64,000 nt of DNA from Phoronis australis (GCA_002633005.1 NMRA01000021.1:778706-842705); one strand, 5' to 3'; counted from the first letter of the stretch, positions 1-13,499 are shown. Numbers and translations: made by a program. The notes: a model not told the origin generated them from the letters alone.

Positions 1-208
1 GGAATGTCAGCCTTTGTTTGTCACATTTCAAGGAATCGTGTTTCGACCAAACACAAAAGCGGCGTTACGATGAAAGAGCCGACACCATTTGCAAATAATA
101 TGAATAACGAACAAACTAGTTCCATTATAGGGTGAGTGATACCAGGCCCTCATCCTCGGCCCAGATCGAGTCCAACTACACGTAGGCTTATGCAATGTGT
201 TTAGACCG

Positions 209-444
209 CAGAGGCAGATCTACGGGGCGGGTTCAGGGGGTTCAAACCTCCCCTATCGGGACAGGATCAAAAATAAGTGTTAAAAGAAATGTCGCCAGGA
301 AAACAGAATCAGCAACTAAAAACAAACAAAAAAATGTTACACGAGAGGGGAAGAGCCCCTCCCGACCTTCCCTCGGCTCGACGCTACGCGCCTCGGATTC
401 TCGCGAATCCTAACCCCCATTACTGAAAACGGAGACTGCCACTG
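209..444. mobile_element. GC-rich MITE with CAG...CTG ends and a probable 5-bp TSD
   Basis: Left end CAGAGGCAGATC; right end reverse-complements to CAGTGGCAGTC. Flanks are gaccg / gatcg (1 mismatch). Confidence 0.55.
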
Positions 445-1564
445 GATCGTGCTCATACCATCATGGCAATAGCGAATACGAATGAGTCAGGTTTACTGTG
501 GCCTTTGTCAGTGATTATTGAGTGTCTATTTTGCTTAATAGTTGTCCAGTTCTGGCTCAAAATAATGCTCGTTTTCTGATCTGCTGTGTTCCGCCATTGC
601 AATTTATTGTCAAGTGACCAAACGTCTTCCACCCATTGCATCATTTGGCGGGAAACATGGAAATGAATTATTTTTCTTCAAAATAAAAAATCTCGAATAT
701 TTGGTATAAAAAGTGTTCACTTAGTTAGTTTTTAAGGTATTCATTTCATATTAGCTAACTGAAACCTCGAAAATTACAAAAATGTGTTGTGGGAACTATT
801 CAAACACAGAGACATTTACTTTTTTAAACTACGATAGTTTGTGAAATCAAAAACATCAAAACAAAATTCACCTCCCCTCCCCAAATGGCTGTAGTTTTAT
901 ACACCTTCTTCGCACCACGACTGCTGTGTTGTCTAACAAGGGTATCAGACGGTAACATATTACAGAGGTGCCTCTGAAAAACCCTTAGAAACAACGCTTT
1001 TGAAAAGTAAAGCGCATTTATTTTTCAACCACCATTATAATCTAACGTAAGATCAAATACACTGAAGGCAACTAATAAAAAAATGTCAAATTTAAGAAAC
1101 CTAAAGAATCTTTGGGCCTTAAAGAAGTAGAATTTCACCTGAGTCTAAATGTAACTTAAGTCTGCGTACACCAGGGTTGTGTTTTAGCACAGGCCCTGTG
1201 TAATTGAATCTTGCCCGCTTTGCCGCTTTATGATAGACGAGTGCCCATTCGATGCTATACAGAAAGAAAACTTTTAACTCGAGTGGACACTTTGACATTC
1301 GTCTTACACAACTTTCTGATTGCAAACGACTGTGCACAAAATACCTCAGGCCAGAACGAAACGTAAAGGTGCTTCGCCTCTTGCTGGAGAAACTTGAAGT
1401 TCACTTTCAGCACAAAACGAAAAACAGCTGCATCAGCCAGTTTCTGGACCACAAGGAGGACCACACGTCATCCTAAGCGAGGACCGTTCTACTGCCAAGT
1501 TCAAATGTATCTGAGCAGTGACAATGACACGTTCAGTCAACATAACAGTTGGTTCATACTTTAC

Positions 1565-1758
1565 CTGGCCTCATGAGCGCTGCATGGATCACCCTCTTCC
1601 CCCGCGCACACTTTACAGCAAGCACACAAGGGTCCCCAGACGACCTGACATCCCGGTCTCAACGCAGGGCATTTTTGCGTTTTTCTACAATTACATGACA
1701 GGGCGTCTGTACCAGGCAGTGCCACGGCGGCCAAAAGTAAAATAAAGTAGAACTGCAT
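1565..1758 (-). CDS. Exon 1 of secreted IGFBP N-terminal-domain protein, paralog A (signal peptide plus first 9 Cys)
   Basis: MQFYFILLLAAVALPGTDA-LSCNCRKTQKCPALRPGCQVVWGPLCACCKVCAGEEGDPCSAHEA(R). LCACCKVC is a variant of the IGFBP GCGCCxxC motif. Ends at a phase-2 donor AG|GTAAAG. Exon 2 was not found in 1-1564 and probably lies outside the window. Confidence 0.85.
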
Positions 1759-1845
1759 TACACCAGTGTGAAGCAATATCGAGATATTGTACCGTTGCAG
1801 CTTAGACAAAATGGATTTTAATGTAGGAAACTGTTTCGGAGATGG

Positions 1846-1854
1846 TTTTATATA
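1846..1854 (-). promoter_or_regulatory. TATA box of IGFBP-like paralog A
   Basis: TATATAAAA on the minus strand 96 nt upstream of the ATG; the equivalent element sits 99 nt upstream in paralog B. Confidence 0.65.
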
Positions 1855-2569
1855 GAATGTTGTTCAAATTAGCTAATAACATAATAGCAGGTGTGGTAGG
1901 CAGGGTGTGATTGTAATTTCTCGTAATAGCCATAAATTAATAATTAAGTTGTAATTAAAAAGATCTTGTTATCGAGGTCCAATTATGTCAGGAATCTAGT
2001 ATATATAAGGGTGGTGCCAAAACTCCTAAAAATTTCAGAGGAATTCCCCTTATGCAAGTCACTGCCAAAATATTCGAAAAAATATTATGCCAGCCACTTC
2101 AAAAATGGCTGGAAAGAGAAAGCGCAATTAGTGTGTCTCAAGCTCAGTTTAGGAAAGGGCACAGTACGGTGGATCACATGTTTGCTTTATGTACGTTGAT
2201 AATTAAATACTTGCCACGAGAGAAAAGTGAATTCTATTGTGCCTTCGCGGATTTTAAAGCCACTTTCGACAGTATCTATAGAAGTACATTATATTTTAAA
2301 TTAAAGAACAATCGCATAGAAAGTAAGATGTGTAGGTTAATCAAAGCAATGTACGCTGAAGTAAAAGCGTGCGTGAGATTGAATAATGGGAGCTATGCGG
2401 AGTTTTTTAATTGTCAGAATGGTCTGAAACAAGGGTCTAGAGCAAGAATTACAATATGATGGCGGTGAATAAATTTCCATGAGATCAGCTGAATTACTGC
2501 ATCTGCTGTTTGCTGATGATTTGGCTTTATTTTCCTATAGGGTTAAAGGACTGCAGAAAAAAATTAATA

Positions 2570-2606
2570 GTATATATATACATACATTCATACATACATA
2601 CATACT

Positions 2607-2674
<68 letters not shown>

Positions 2675-2680
2675 TATATA
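2570..2680. repeat. Compound microsatellite (TA)/(ATAC)/(CA)/(TA) within the LINE
   Basis: Direct reading. Confidence 0.9.
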
Positions 2681-3829
2681 TGAACATTGCCAGAAATGGA
2701 AATTGATTGTTAACATGTCAAAGACTAAAATAATTGTTTTAAATGGACTTATGGTAAGAATACTCTTAATATTGTAAACGCATATAAATATTTAGGATTA
2801 ATGTTTACTACGAAAAATTTGTGGTCTTGCGCACAGAAAACTAAGGCAGTGAATTTAACGAGGAAAAGTATCAATGGTTTTAATGCACCCCCATGAAAGT
2901 TAGTTTGAAATTATTTGATTGTCAGATACTGCGGAAACTTCATTATGGCTGTGAGATCTCTGGGTTTTAGTGTGGGCGAAGGTATTGAAATAGTACACCA
3001 AAAATTTTGTAAATAAATTTTGAATTTGCCCAGCACAGCAATTTCATTGGCTGCTAGAGGTGAGATAGGTCATTACTTCTTGATTGTATACCGACTTCCT
3101 AGAGTTGTGAAATATTGGTTAAAACTATTAAAAACCGATGCGTCAAAAATTACATATCATTGCCATGAATGGCAGTACAATATGAAGGAAAATATTGATA
3201 AACCTTGCTGGGTTAATGATGTTAATAAATTGCTAATTCAGATTTGGTTTTGGAGAAGCATGGTACAATCAGGGGTGTAGGTTTTGAGACAAGCTTCATA
3301 TCATTTTCTGTAAAAAAAAATGCAAAGATCAGCAAAATGGCAAGAAATTTTGAACAATTCGAATAAGCTGGAAACTAACAGAACGTTTTAGTTAAACATA
3401 TGTTTTGAAAATTATTAAGATGTAATTGACGATGGAAATGTAAGATCTGATATGGTAAGATTAAGATGTTCAGCTCATGCACTAATGATTGAAAAGTGTG
3501 GACACTTGAAACTTAGCAGACCAGAAAGATTGTGCCCTCTCTGTTAGGCCATGTGTCGAGTCAGAATACCATTTTGTTATGGAATGTCCATTCGACGATA
3601 ACCTTTGGAAAAAGGTATTTGCCTGAATGGATCTTAAACAGCCCCAGTTTTTCAAAAATGCAACAGACTCGTGACTAAGGAGGAAAAAGATAATGGCCAT
3701 CATGTAAATATGTTCATTTCGCATTCAAGCGAAGAAGAGCTCGTGTTACTTTTAATGTTCGACACTTATTTGTATTGTATTTGATGATTTGATTGTAACA
3801 AGGGCTGGAGGCCTAGTTAGTTATTGAAT

Positions 3830-3831
<2 letters not shown>

Positions 3832-3905
<74 letters not shown>
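3832..3905. repeat. (CA)n microsatellite, probably the LINE tail
   Basis: About 37 CA units directly after AATAAA. Confidence 0.95.
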
Positions 3906-3908
<3 letters not shown>

Positions 3909-4399
3909 ACTAGTGGTAAATAGACATTTTGTTCCTTATTCAGATTTAGAATGGTTTCCATTCCTGGCAAGAACTATTCCTGGCAAGAACTACCATGTCG
4001 TTTATTGTTTCTGACCACCCTTGTCCCAGAGGCCTTGTTTCATTCGCCAAGGGGAATTACAAGAGATTTATGCAATCAATTTCAATTCATTACAAACAAA
4101 TGTTCAGCGATGACATTGCTGACAGTTGTGAAGGAATATGCCTGCAAAAGAAAGACTCGGACATGGTTGATAGCGTCTTTAATTATTAATTAAATTAAGT
4201 GATTTGTTAATTACTTTTATAAAAAAAACAGTGCACGTGGCCTGAGGTCATTTGCGGTGCATCACACGTGCGCAGACCTCATGGTTGGACCCATTGCACA
4301 AAACACTTGAGCTAAAAGCACGAGAGCCCCGTTATGGTTCCTCGTGAAGGAAGTTTTCAAGTCTGCCTGTCTCCTTTGAGAAAGCGGACAGACATTTCC

Positions 4400-4700
4400 A
4401 TTTCTTGCCATACGCTATATGTTGTAAGCATGTAACAGTGCCATCCAGTAGGTTGCTCCTTAGCCTGTAAAAAGCTGGGCAAGACCGTCTACCTGGTGTG
4501 AAGGGGTTTCAACGTCAGTACCACACTCGGAACACACTGGGCTCCCCATATGCCCAATAATGTGTCTGTGTCGAGCTAGGTTACAGTGACCCGTCAAAAT
4601 TGGAATGACGTGTCTTATACCCAGTCTATCTAGACTCAGATTTTTTTTAACCTTATATGCATCATTGTGACTTTCAACACTGCTGGGATGTTTCATGACT
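4400..4700 (-). mobile_element. C-terminal fragment of an RNase H-type non-LTR retrotransposon (I/Loa/R1-like)
   Basis: ILTGHCNLARHRHIIGHMGSPVCSECGTDVETPSH matches the LTGH-x-L-xx-H...C-x2-C...ET-xx-H knuckle of these LINE ORF2 proteins. Confidence 0.7.
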
Positions 4701-6255
4701 GTTTCCTACCACTAAATTCTTGACAGTAAAACAATTACCATTTCTTAGCTATCTATTCCTCTGAAATCACACACTCTGACTGTCCACGTCGTTAGAGCCA
4801 TCGAATTAGGTTGGGTCGATCAAAAATTGTAATGTAGCTTTTTGGCCAAAATAGTAGCAGGAGTCTATTAATAAGCGCACTGGTGAAAGGGATTGACATG
4901 TCTATATCCAACGTTTCGATTTGTTACAAATAAACCATCTTCAGGAAGAAGTAGTGCAACAGCTCTCGAAAACTGTAGCGACCTCGGACACACTCTTAAC
5001 CGACAGCTTATTTATTGGAGGCAAGCTTGCTCGTTCCAAATTGCATGTATAATTTATTAACGAAATATTGATTGTTTTACATAACTGTTCGTTTTTGTTG
5101 GCTGCTTGCGAATGCAGCAAATTGTGTTTTAATGAATTGAGCACAATTCGGTAATTGTTGAATTATAGTTAATACCCGTACCCGGTTCACTGTTAATAGT
5201 ACGTTTATTGTCATTAAAATTGTTCTGAGCTAATTCTCTGTTTGACTTTCTCCCGCTAAACGTTACACGAAACGACTTGTCTCCTGTCAACTAGACTGTA
5301 AAAATGAGCTGTGTCGTGATATAACGCGATAGTTTTTGAGTCGTAGTGGACGATCGCCAACTGGTTTTTAACAAATTATGGTGCCAAACCTCGGTATCCC
5401 GAATCGTGACGAAGTTTGACTACTATCATGCTACTCAAGCCAACTGTACGTCTAACATAGTAATTTCCGAGTTCCAGATTCCATTTCTTGACCCGAGAGT
5501 GACACAAAAGAGCTATTTATCAGCGAAGGCGCATGCGTCAAATGGCCAGCAAGTAGAGCCTTTTGCCATCGAAGGAATGCATCTTACAGTACGAATTTCA
5601 CGAATTTCTGAAAGACGCCGAAGTTTCATGGTCCGTGTGTTGTCGTCCAGTGTTAGGTTCCTACAACTTCGTGCACAGAAATCTTCTAGACGACATAGTT
5701 TTGTGATTTTAGAGTGTAAAGTAGTGACAATTATAACTGGACGACCGAGCCCTAAAATGTGCGACCAACACAGTTTAGACACTTCTACCATAGTTGTTGT
5801 TGCAAAGTCCTACAAGCACAAAGCAATTATGAAGGGTGTTGTGTAGATACGTGCCCTATGATCTTGAGTGAGTTTGTTGTCAAAGGACTGATTCATGCGT
5901 CGAGGTGACACTTGCTGAGGTTGTAAACTGTTGTGCAGATTTTTTGGTCAAGGGTTAATTATAATTTCAAAGGCAAATATAAGTGTTCAACAATTAACGT
6001 TAGTAGTACACCAAACGTTAAAAACAGTATTATTCGTTAATTTGTGTATCTGAAACTACAACACGTTGGGTTTCATTGAACCACACCTAACAGGCAAAAT
6101 GTGTCTGTTTTGTACTCAAATGACCTTTACATATTTCAAATTACGACGCGAGGGGTGCATTTCGGAAGTAAACACAAGGAATTTAGTTTTGAGGTACGGT
6201 GAACGTTTTGTTACCCACTGCTACCCAATCTGAATATATTCCGCAAAAATAGAAA

Positions 6256-7290
6256 TTAAATGCAAACCAACGGGGTCAGCTTGTGGTGTCCAGATTCTAC
6301 TTCACTTAAGTCACCAAATGTCAACTTCGTTGCAGGAAGTAATTCTTTTCGCATAATGATCATCTTATCGTATCTCCAAACACTGTCGTTTGCATCACAT
6401 GAACATTTTAAGCGAGGATTATCGCAATAAGAAAAGCGACCACAATCACACACGCATGAGTACCCTTTGCCTCGACCGAACCACCGTGCTAAATGCTTGC
6501 GTTTGGTGTGCAAAACGGAATTGTAGCACGTGTAGAAAATCTCTTGATAGCACGAAGTTGCAGAACGTATCAATGACAAAACTTGAGGAAGAGAAACCGT
6601 GTATGTAACATTTCGTGAATAGCATTCGGAATGCTAGCAGTTGATCGGAATGGTTATGTTCTTTTCGGTATCATGTCGGACAATGGTGACGCAACTTCCT
6701 GTGGCAACATCAAACTGACAATCCACTACGAAAGGGTATTCTCCTGCGGCGCCATTAGGATCGATTATGTATTTACCGCTGTCGTAACAACCAAGATCCG
6801 CCCAACCTTTGCAAGAGGCAGGCATTGAAAACAAAATCAGAATTTCATCGTTTTATGGCATGTATTGTCGCACTCGACCCCCCGTGCACGTGCAATTTTT
6901 CAGGGTACTGTTACGTTCTGTTGCTGCTTTCCAATTCCGGCGGCAACACTGGGAAAACACGAACCAATGAACGAACTTGCTGCTCAGTGTTCTTATTTGT
7001 ATATTACAAAAGTTGGCAACAAGGTGGTAGCCTAACATCCACAGATCTTTCTCCGTCCGGGAGCTGAAACGAAAGTTCTTGGAGGGTAACCGTGAGGCTT
7101 CGCAACGAGAGCTTGCGTGATTGCGACACATACATACACATGAACATTCCTCAACCTGGGATGCAATGCAAGAATCACACAGTCTTCACAAGTTTTCGTA
7201 ATACTTTACGAGCACACGATCGCACTTAGCTTTTCTCTGAAGTACTGTCTTGTGTAATAAAAATCTTTTTGACTGCGATTGAGAAGGCAT
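6256..7290 (-). pseudogene. Intronless pseudogene of a Cys-rich protein with a Caspr/neurexin-IV-type fibrinogen-like domain
   Basis: ORFs 6853-7131, 6634-6834 and 6256-6579 share one frame, broken by TGA (7186-88), TAA (6853-55) and TAG (6634-36). Motifs: PASC..SGKYIIDPNG..PFVVDC..TIVRHD..SCYQEIFYTCYNS..CSCDANDSVWRYD..LP..FGD..LTPLVC. Confidence 0.8.
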
Positions 7291-7899
7291 AAATAAACGC
7301 TTTACTCATATGCACATGGATGACGCACAATTGTCGAGTGTCGAGAAGTCATACGGTTGTTACTATATGTACTTGATGTGTGAGCAGTTCAGGTATATTT
7401 GTAAGGCGTGAGTAGAACTTGGAACCAGCGCCGCCTGTGTTATCCGATTGACATCGGGAGAAGTATGTGCATTGGGGAGGGCGCCTCTGCGCGTTGACGA
7501 AAGTACGCTGAGGTTATGTGTATAAAAAGGTCAGTGATGGCGAGGTGAACTTATTGCTCGAAAGGTGTGTTTCTTTCCTTAGAGATGGTGTTCCTAGACT
7601 CTTCCGTATCCCAAACTTTACTCGAGACTCTGCTAAAAAATTGGTAAATTTAGTGCCATGCTTCTGGTAATCTTTCAATTCCATGCTATGTGCCTTTGGT
7701 CAGTTTGCATGTCTGGAGTCTTAAGAAAAGTTTAGTAGTCGTGGAGGACCCCTGTGCCCGGTTGCTTAAATTCTTCGCGTTTTTGTGTCGTTTTTTACTC
7801 GTAGATCTTTTATTTTTCTGCCAATTTATTTTTATTATGAGCTCCCTTTCTAATAAAACTAAAAACCGAGACCTCAATTTCAACGAAAATAAATAGGTA

Positions 7900-8347
7900 C
7901 TTAGTCCTTACGTTGGGTGTGTTGCGTGAAAAGATCCCAACCTATTTTCAATGTAGATTTCAGTCTCGATTTGTATCAAAGCAAAAAATTGATTTAGTAA
8001 TAAAAATAAAACGACTTAAGAAAGGACAACCAGTTTTTCCAAATATCTACTTGTGCGTAGTAGATTTAGCGAACTTAGTTGACTTTTTGGGAATATCGTT
8101 TGACGACTAAATATCTTGGGCCGAACATAATAATTTGGTGGGAGCAAAAATTGCATAAGCCAGTGGTGCACTCAGCAAAAGAAATACCTGCTTCTATTTG
8201 CACCGAGAAAGATTTACTTCTCCTTGGTCCACACTCACTTAACGCTTGGCTTCTCCTGCAACTATGTCCACCGTGAATAACCATTTACAAATTACACCAT
8301 TGCATAGAAACATTACTGTTTTCACACACAGACGCACACGCGCACGC

Positions 8348-8409
<62 letters not shown>

Positions 8410-8790
8410 ACACACACACGAATGTAGTTACTACTTAAACACAATTAGTCTGTTTATCCCGTTATAATACGTGCATATGTGCAGCACTCATTCATTTATA
8501 TTTAGTAAGATGTCAGATTTATTCATATAATTGTTTATTTATTGAAGTACTTACAACTTTCATTTCTTATGTAAGTCTTCTAATCGAATGTTAGTGTATG
8601 AATAGTAAATAATTACTGTCTCGGTTCTTACCATTTCTTACCTGTTTCATGTTGTATTGTATTGTGCTGTACGGTGATCCTCTTTGAAGAGGACTTTGCC
8701 TTCAAGGCTCTCCTGCTTACATTCATATACATCCAATGTATTTCACTAATTTGCTGTAAAACTTAATAAACGCATTATTTATCTATCTCC
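7900..8790 (+). mobile_element. Degenerate CR1/L2-type LINE 3' portion
   Basis: VDFLGISFDD*ISWAEH (about 8078-8128) and RKIYFSLVHTHL (about 8206-8241) resemble CR1 RT C-terminal motifs. AT-rich 3' UTR with AATAAA near 8765. Confidence 0.55.
8323..8419. repeat. (CA)n / (CACG)n microsatellite
   Basis: Direct reading. Confidence 0.9.
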
Positions 8791-11339
8791 ATTTTGGAAC
8801 TCTTTCAGGCACTGGCTGCCGAACTTAATTTCGCAGGGCATCAACTCAAAAATTGACCAATCACATGGTGGGGAGTTTACATGAAGAGTGGACCGTAAGC
8901 TATTGAAAATTTTCGAGAGTCTCAAGAAAACATTGTAAACCTGCACGATGGGAATTTAGCGCCAACAATTCTTGGTAAAACAAAGTCAAGTATTTGATAA
9001 AAATGAGGTTCAAAAAGTATTACCAGCGGGAAGCCACTTGTTGCTGGAATTACTACGCGCTGTTACTGTACCAGTGAGTACAGCAATGGTGAGCAAAACT
9101 GTGCCACTTTCCATTAGCCTTATGCACACGAGCCTGTCCAACTCCAACGTCAGTATCAAATGTTAAGCAACATATACTACAGTGTCTCCTGAAAGACCTG
9201 GCTTTTTCTGCTGTGATTTCCCACGTTCTATTTGTCTTACAAGCAGGCTATCAAAGTGATTTTTTCACCTGAGGAGTCCTCATGGACTTTTATAGATAAC
9301 AGCGACTTGTAGTCTTACGCTAGCCAGTACTTTCGGTAGTCGGTTATTTAGTACTGAAGGTTGCAATGACTCGTGACGTCACATAGCGAATTTGAAATCA
9401 AAGCTGATAGTCCACTAACAAAGTTTTAAGGCATAGCACAAATGAACGCGCTGCTGGCGAGGTATTGCTCGTTGGTCCGAAGAGGTTTCTCTTATCATGT
9501 GTGTTAGTGCTTCCCAAGGATGTTTAATGTTGGCGATACTCGCTTAAGTGCTTCCACAACGACAATGGTGACCTTGTCTCTGGCTTCACACATCCTGAGT
9601 GCAAGACAGGAGATACTCAACAGCTGGTTCTCCAATCTACTCACACTCACTTTTGTCCCAGCCGCCTTCCCGACAGCCTTAACCTCATCATGTGCACATC
9701 GGGTGTTGAATACCGAACAAACTACTCTGAACCAGGTGGACAACTGGATCTAACGAGGTCATCATCAAAATTACAAGAAAAAACAACCGTCCCAGTTCTG
9801 AGCCTATCCATTCGTTCTACCATCGAGACCAGAATGAACCATTGGTTACACCGAAGTTGCTTTCGTAAATAAAAGTCACTAGCAAGAAAACCTGGTGTAA
9901 TCACGTCCCCCGCTTGTTATGTATTTTGTGAATCGACTTGAATGATCTTGAGATTTCTCAAGAAACACTATAAGAGCAGCCTAATCAACTAAGCCCCACC
10001 TCAGTCACTTTCATTGCATCTAAATTAATGTATCATACAGCCAGTTATTAAGTTTCTGGAAGACCACGACTTGAGGAAGACAAGATCAGACGAAACCCAG
10101 GTGATTCTAACCCTCGCTGGTTCCCTGTGTGCCGCTAGGTGGTCTTTAGCCAGCACGCAGGTATCACTTAATTTTCCTCGGGGATTTTTTTACACATGCG
10201 TTTCTGATTGGCTTGTCAAATTCTCAACAGGTAGTGCTTTACGCAAACAATCTGGCATGACTGATGGATTGAAGTGTAAATGTGGTCTGTTGTACATAAT
10301 AATCGGTGCTTAAAATTTATGTTCAGGATATGTGAATCCTAGAGATTGTGGTTGCGTCTTTTCGGAGTGCATCTTTCTACTGTCAATGACTTTTGTTTAC
10401 GATAGTGTCCTGTATTCATACAGTATGAATAACACACCCGTTAAATCGGTGAAATATGGGTTTATTGTACAGGTATGTGCTCCAAGCACGCGGTTATTAA
10501 ACAACACTGCAGAAACGAAATAGTTGCTGCGACGCCACCTGCATGACAAGGATTAAAATCGTCCGTCATTTGTTCACGGTGTTGTAAAGCTAACCAATGA
10601 CTGCTGAGGTTACATCAATCAATGCTAAACGGGTTGCCAATGCGTGATACCTACGTGATGGATATGCACATAGGAACCAGCGAGATTCTAACCATGACAT
10701 CGTCCAAGCATTTAAAGACCTTATCAACGCCATATTCCTCAATTTCCACAACGTTTCTGCAAATAACTACCCCACAAATTCCATCGCCACAGTATCCGGA
10801 ACAGTACCGTGGTTTAGCTAGTCTCCTTCAAGTCATTTGCAAAAGAACGTCGTCAACGGCGCGGCATCTTATAAGTAAAAATGTGTAAACATTGCTTTTA
10901 ACTTGCACATGAAGCACACTTCTTACTACTTTTAAATATTCAACCTTCTCACACACTTATAATATCCTATTTTTCAAATCTCTGACACTATAATGACGTA
11001 ATATAGGCATAAGAAAACATGGCTTGTTACGTTTAATCCTCTCACTATCGTTGATTTTAATAAATTCCTGATTTTTGCTACTAAGGTTTACATCAAGAAA
11101 ACAATTTAACACGCAAAAACTACCACGGAAAAAAAGAACCAAAATTACGGCAAAAGAATTACAGACCTAGTTATTGAAAACAATCATTAAAGGAGAAAGC
11201 CACTCAGACTAAATAGCCTATTTTACTGTCTTAATCGGCCTATATCCACATCATCTCCTTTACGGTCGATCTTACCTCGCCGAGGGGAGTCACGTTAACA
11301 TGTGAGGAAAGTCAGAAACGTCGCAGCGACGCCAGTGAT

Positions 11340-11565
11340 TCTTCGGCAGAGTGAGTGCCGCAATGCTGTGGTGAGTATCGCTCCCGCTTGTGCGAACTAT
11401 GAAGCTGCGAGGAAAGCGGGTATATCGTTTTCTCGGTTTCCTCGAGAGCCTATAATGCTTCAGAAGTGGCTCGCAGAAGTGAAGAATGCAGTTAATACCA
11501 AGTATGAGTCCGTGAAACTTCTCCGCGTCTGTCAGTGGCCTGCATTTCGTCGGATCGGTTGTTGA
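11340..11565 (+). pseudogene. THAP zinc-finger relic, probably in a Kolobok-like non-autonomous transposon
   Basis: IAPACANYEAARKAGISFSRFPREPIMLQKWL...RVC, then frameshifted GLHF. A TTAA|AGG Kolobok-like end lies at about 11187. Confidence 0.6.
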
Positions 11566-13461
11566 CCAGTTTTGATTATGAAGAATTATAGTTGGCCATG
11601 AAAACATAAACATTTACAATTAATTCAAGGCGTGAGAACATAACGTTTTATATTATTTGATTACTGACTCGCTCGTGAGGCTTCTGTTTGGTCTTCTGGG
11701 TGTAGGATGTTTTCGCCAGTGTTTCTCAGCCCTAAAAAAGTCGTAAGCACACGTTTTTAGATGCGGTGCAAAATCAGGATGGTACGTGAGCTACATCTGC
11801 GCTTCTCCAAAAATTTGTTTCACTTGCGGAATTTCGTGGCAGAAAACAAAAGCGTCAATCGTTTCCATTATCGTGCAGCTACATGTAGCTGACACCATTA
11901 CAAGTCATTCCAACGGTTTTCGGAACTAACCACGTGTTCCATTCTTTGTGCACGTTCACGGAGTATCTCTATTATTTCTTGATCGGTGTATATCTGAGAA
12001 ACCTAACGATCGACCTGTGAAGTCTTCGGCGGATGAGCACTTGTTTAAGTCGGGATTGCGAGTTGCCCAGACCTTGACGTTTATGTTGTGCGTTCTGCCG
12101 GTTTCAAAATGAATTATTCTCATCCTAACCAATGCTTCTGTAAAAGTGAAACAAAGTCTTTCTCATTAGATACAATTTGTAATGTTTTTGAGTGTTCGTA
12201 AGTGCAAATGTTTTGAGAAGCCAGCAATGAATAAATCACTGTGTTACCGGCTTTAGATGCAATAAACTAACTGACCTGGCACCGAGGCCGTGTGAGCGCA
12301 TGCTAATTCAGTGTTTGCTGACAGAAAACTGTTGTGAAACAATGATAACTCGACTTTATATCCTATGGTCAGATGTTAGGGGAGTATTTATTTAGATATT
12401 CAAATACATTATTTGAATCATTGTTACTGTAAAACTTTTGCCCTGGCGGTTCTGTGGAAGGGTAGCCTGACTTCGCGGCTCCCACGAGCTAGCGAGTAGA
12501 TTTGTAGTTTCGCAGCTAATTCACCAAAATAATCATGTACACGCTTTTTCTTTGGCTCACTAGCATAGTCTTTTCGTGACTGGATGTTTAGTTTCCAACT
12601 TTGGCCGGTTTATGTACGTGATGTCTTCAGTCTGGCCGCGGTGGGCCTGGTCGGGTTCCGAGCCACTGGGCGGGATAGCAAGTGTTTTGTGTATTTAGAA
12701 CTGAAAAAATCGCAAGTCAAAAAGTAAACACGCAGCTATGCTCTCCTGTCTGTATTTCACGAACGCATAATTTGGTTTTATCACCGACAGACCCCAATTT
12801 CCCGCGACCGGCATTGGTAAATTGGCCTACCGAATTTTGTAGGCTACGGTAAGTTCAAATACCTAAAAATCGGTAACAGTGGAATAAAATAACATGTTTG
12901 TTCAATGACTCGATTTGTTTTTAAGGTTTTACATCGAAATTTGATGATTTATTGCTGTAAAACGAAGAATTCAAGCGATAAGCTGACACCAGTAAGCGTG
13001 TTGTCAACTGCTGAACAGACTGCATTCGCACCTCTGACGTCACTGTTTTTTCGGTGGCATCATAGATTATAGACAACAGATTCGCAACTCCGGCATTTTC
13101 TTACGAGCTGAGTTGAACTCTCCTGACCTATCTGCTGCAGTTTCCGGTCAGTTTTAATTTGACGAGAAATACCTGCATCTACTTTACTGTCCAAAACAGC
13201 GAAAAAAACATTAATTTATATTAATTTCGGTATTGAAACGCTTTTCAAAGTCTTTCAATAGTAGAAGTGTTGGTATTGTGAGTACTTTTGGCAATGCTAC
13301 TGGTAATTAATTTCAAAATTCAAACTTCGGTTCCGACCCTTTATGTCGTCTGCTTGCCCAATAGCAGCATAGTTATCGGACAGTTTTTGATTTACGGTTC
13401 ACATAGGCCTACTGAGAAAACTACGAAAGCGTGTTTATAAATCAACATTCTCAAGTGAGCA

Positions 13462-13471
13462 GTTCTTCTGG
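13462..13471 (-). promoter_or_regulatory. Putative histone downstream element (HDE)-like purine tract
   Basis: CCAGAAGAAC, 12 nt 3' of the distal stem-loop; compare the sea-urchin HDE CAAGAAAGA. Confidence 0.45.
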
Positions 13472-13483
13472 GCAGTGTTGAGT

Positions 13484-13499
13484 GGCCCTTAAAAGGGCC
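13484..13499 (-). terminator. Histone-mRNA-type 3' stem-loop (distal copy)
   Basis: CCAAC-GGCCCT TTTA AGGGCC-ACTCA: 6-bp stem, 4-nt U-rich loop, AC-rich flanks. Nearly identical to the canonical AACGGCCCTTTTCAGGGCCACCA. Confidence 0.85.

Larger units (their letters stand above)
2010..3905 (+). mobile_element. 5'-truncated, degenerate non-LTR retrotransposon (LINE): RT, C-terminal Zn-knuckle and (CA)n tail
   Basis: RT motifs KIFEKIL..SQAQFRKGHSTVDH..CAFADFKATFDSI..GLKQG (2052-2459) and LLFADDL (about 2500). Frameshifted RLCPLC..ESEYHFVMECP near 3525-3590. Then AATAAA and (CA)n. Multiple stops and frameshifts. Confidence 0.85.

Noticed and set aside
5346-5846. 166-aa ORF and an antisense Cys-containing 92-aa ORF
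   Set aside because: No motif recognised in any frame; it could be another decayed gene but I cannot support a call.
6634-6855. Stop-codon reassignment or readthrough in the fibrinogen-like gene
   Set aside because: Three different stop codons, an apparent internal deletion and a probable N-terminal frameshift fit pseudogenisation better.
9504-9904. Cluster of overlapping ORFs in moderately GC-rich sequence
   Set aside because: No recognisable domain or splice-supported structure; probably an old repeat.
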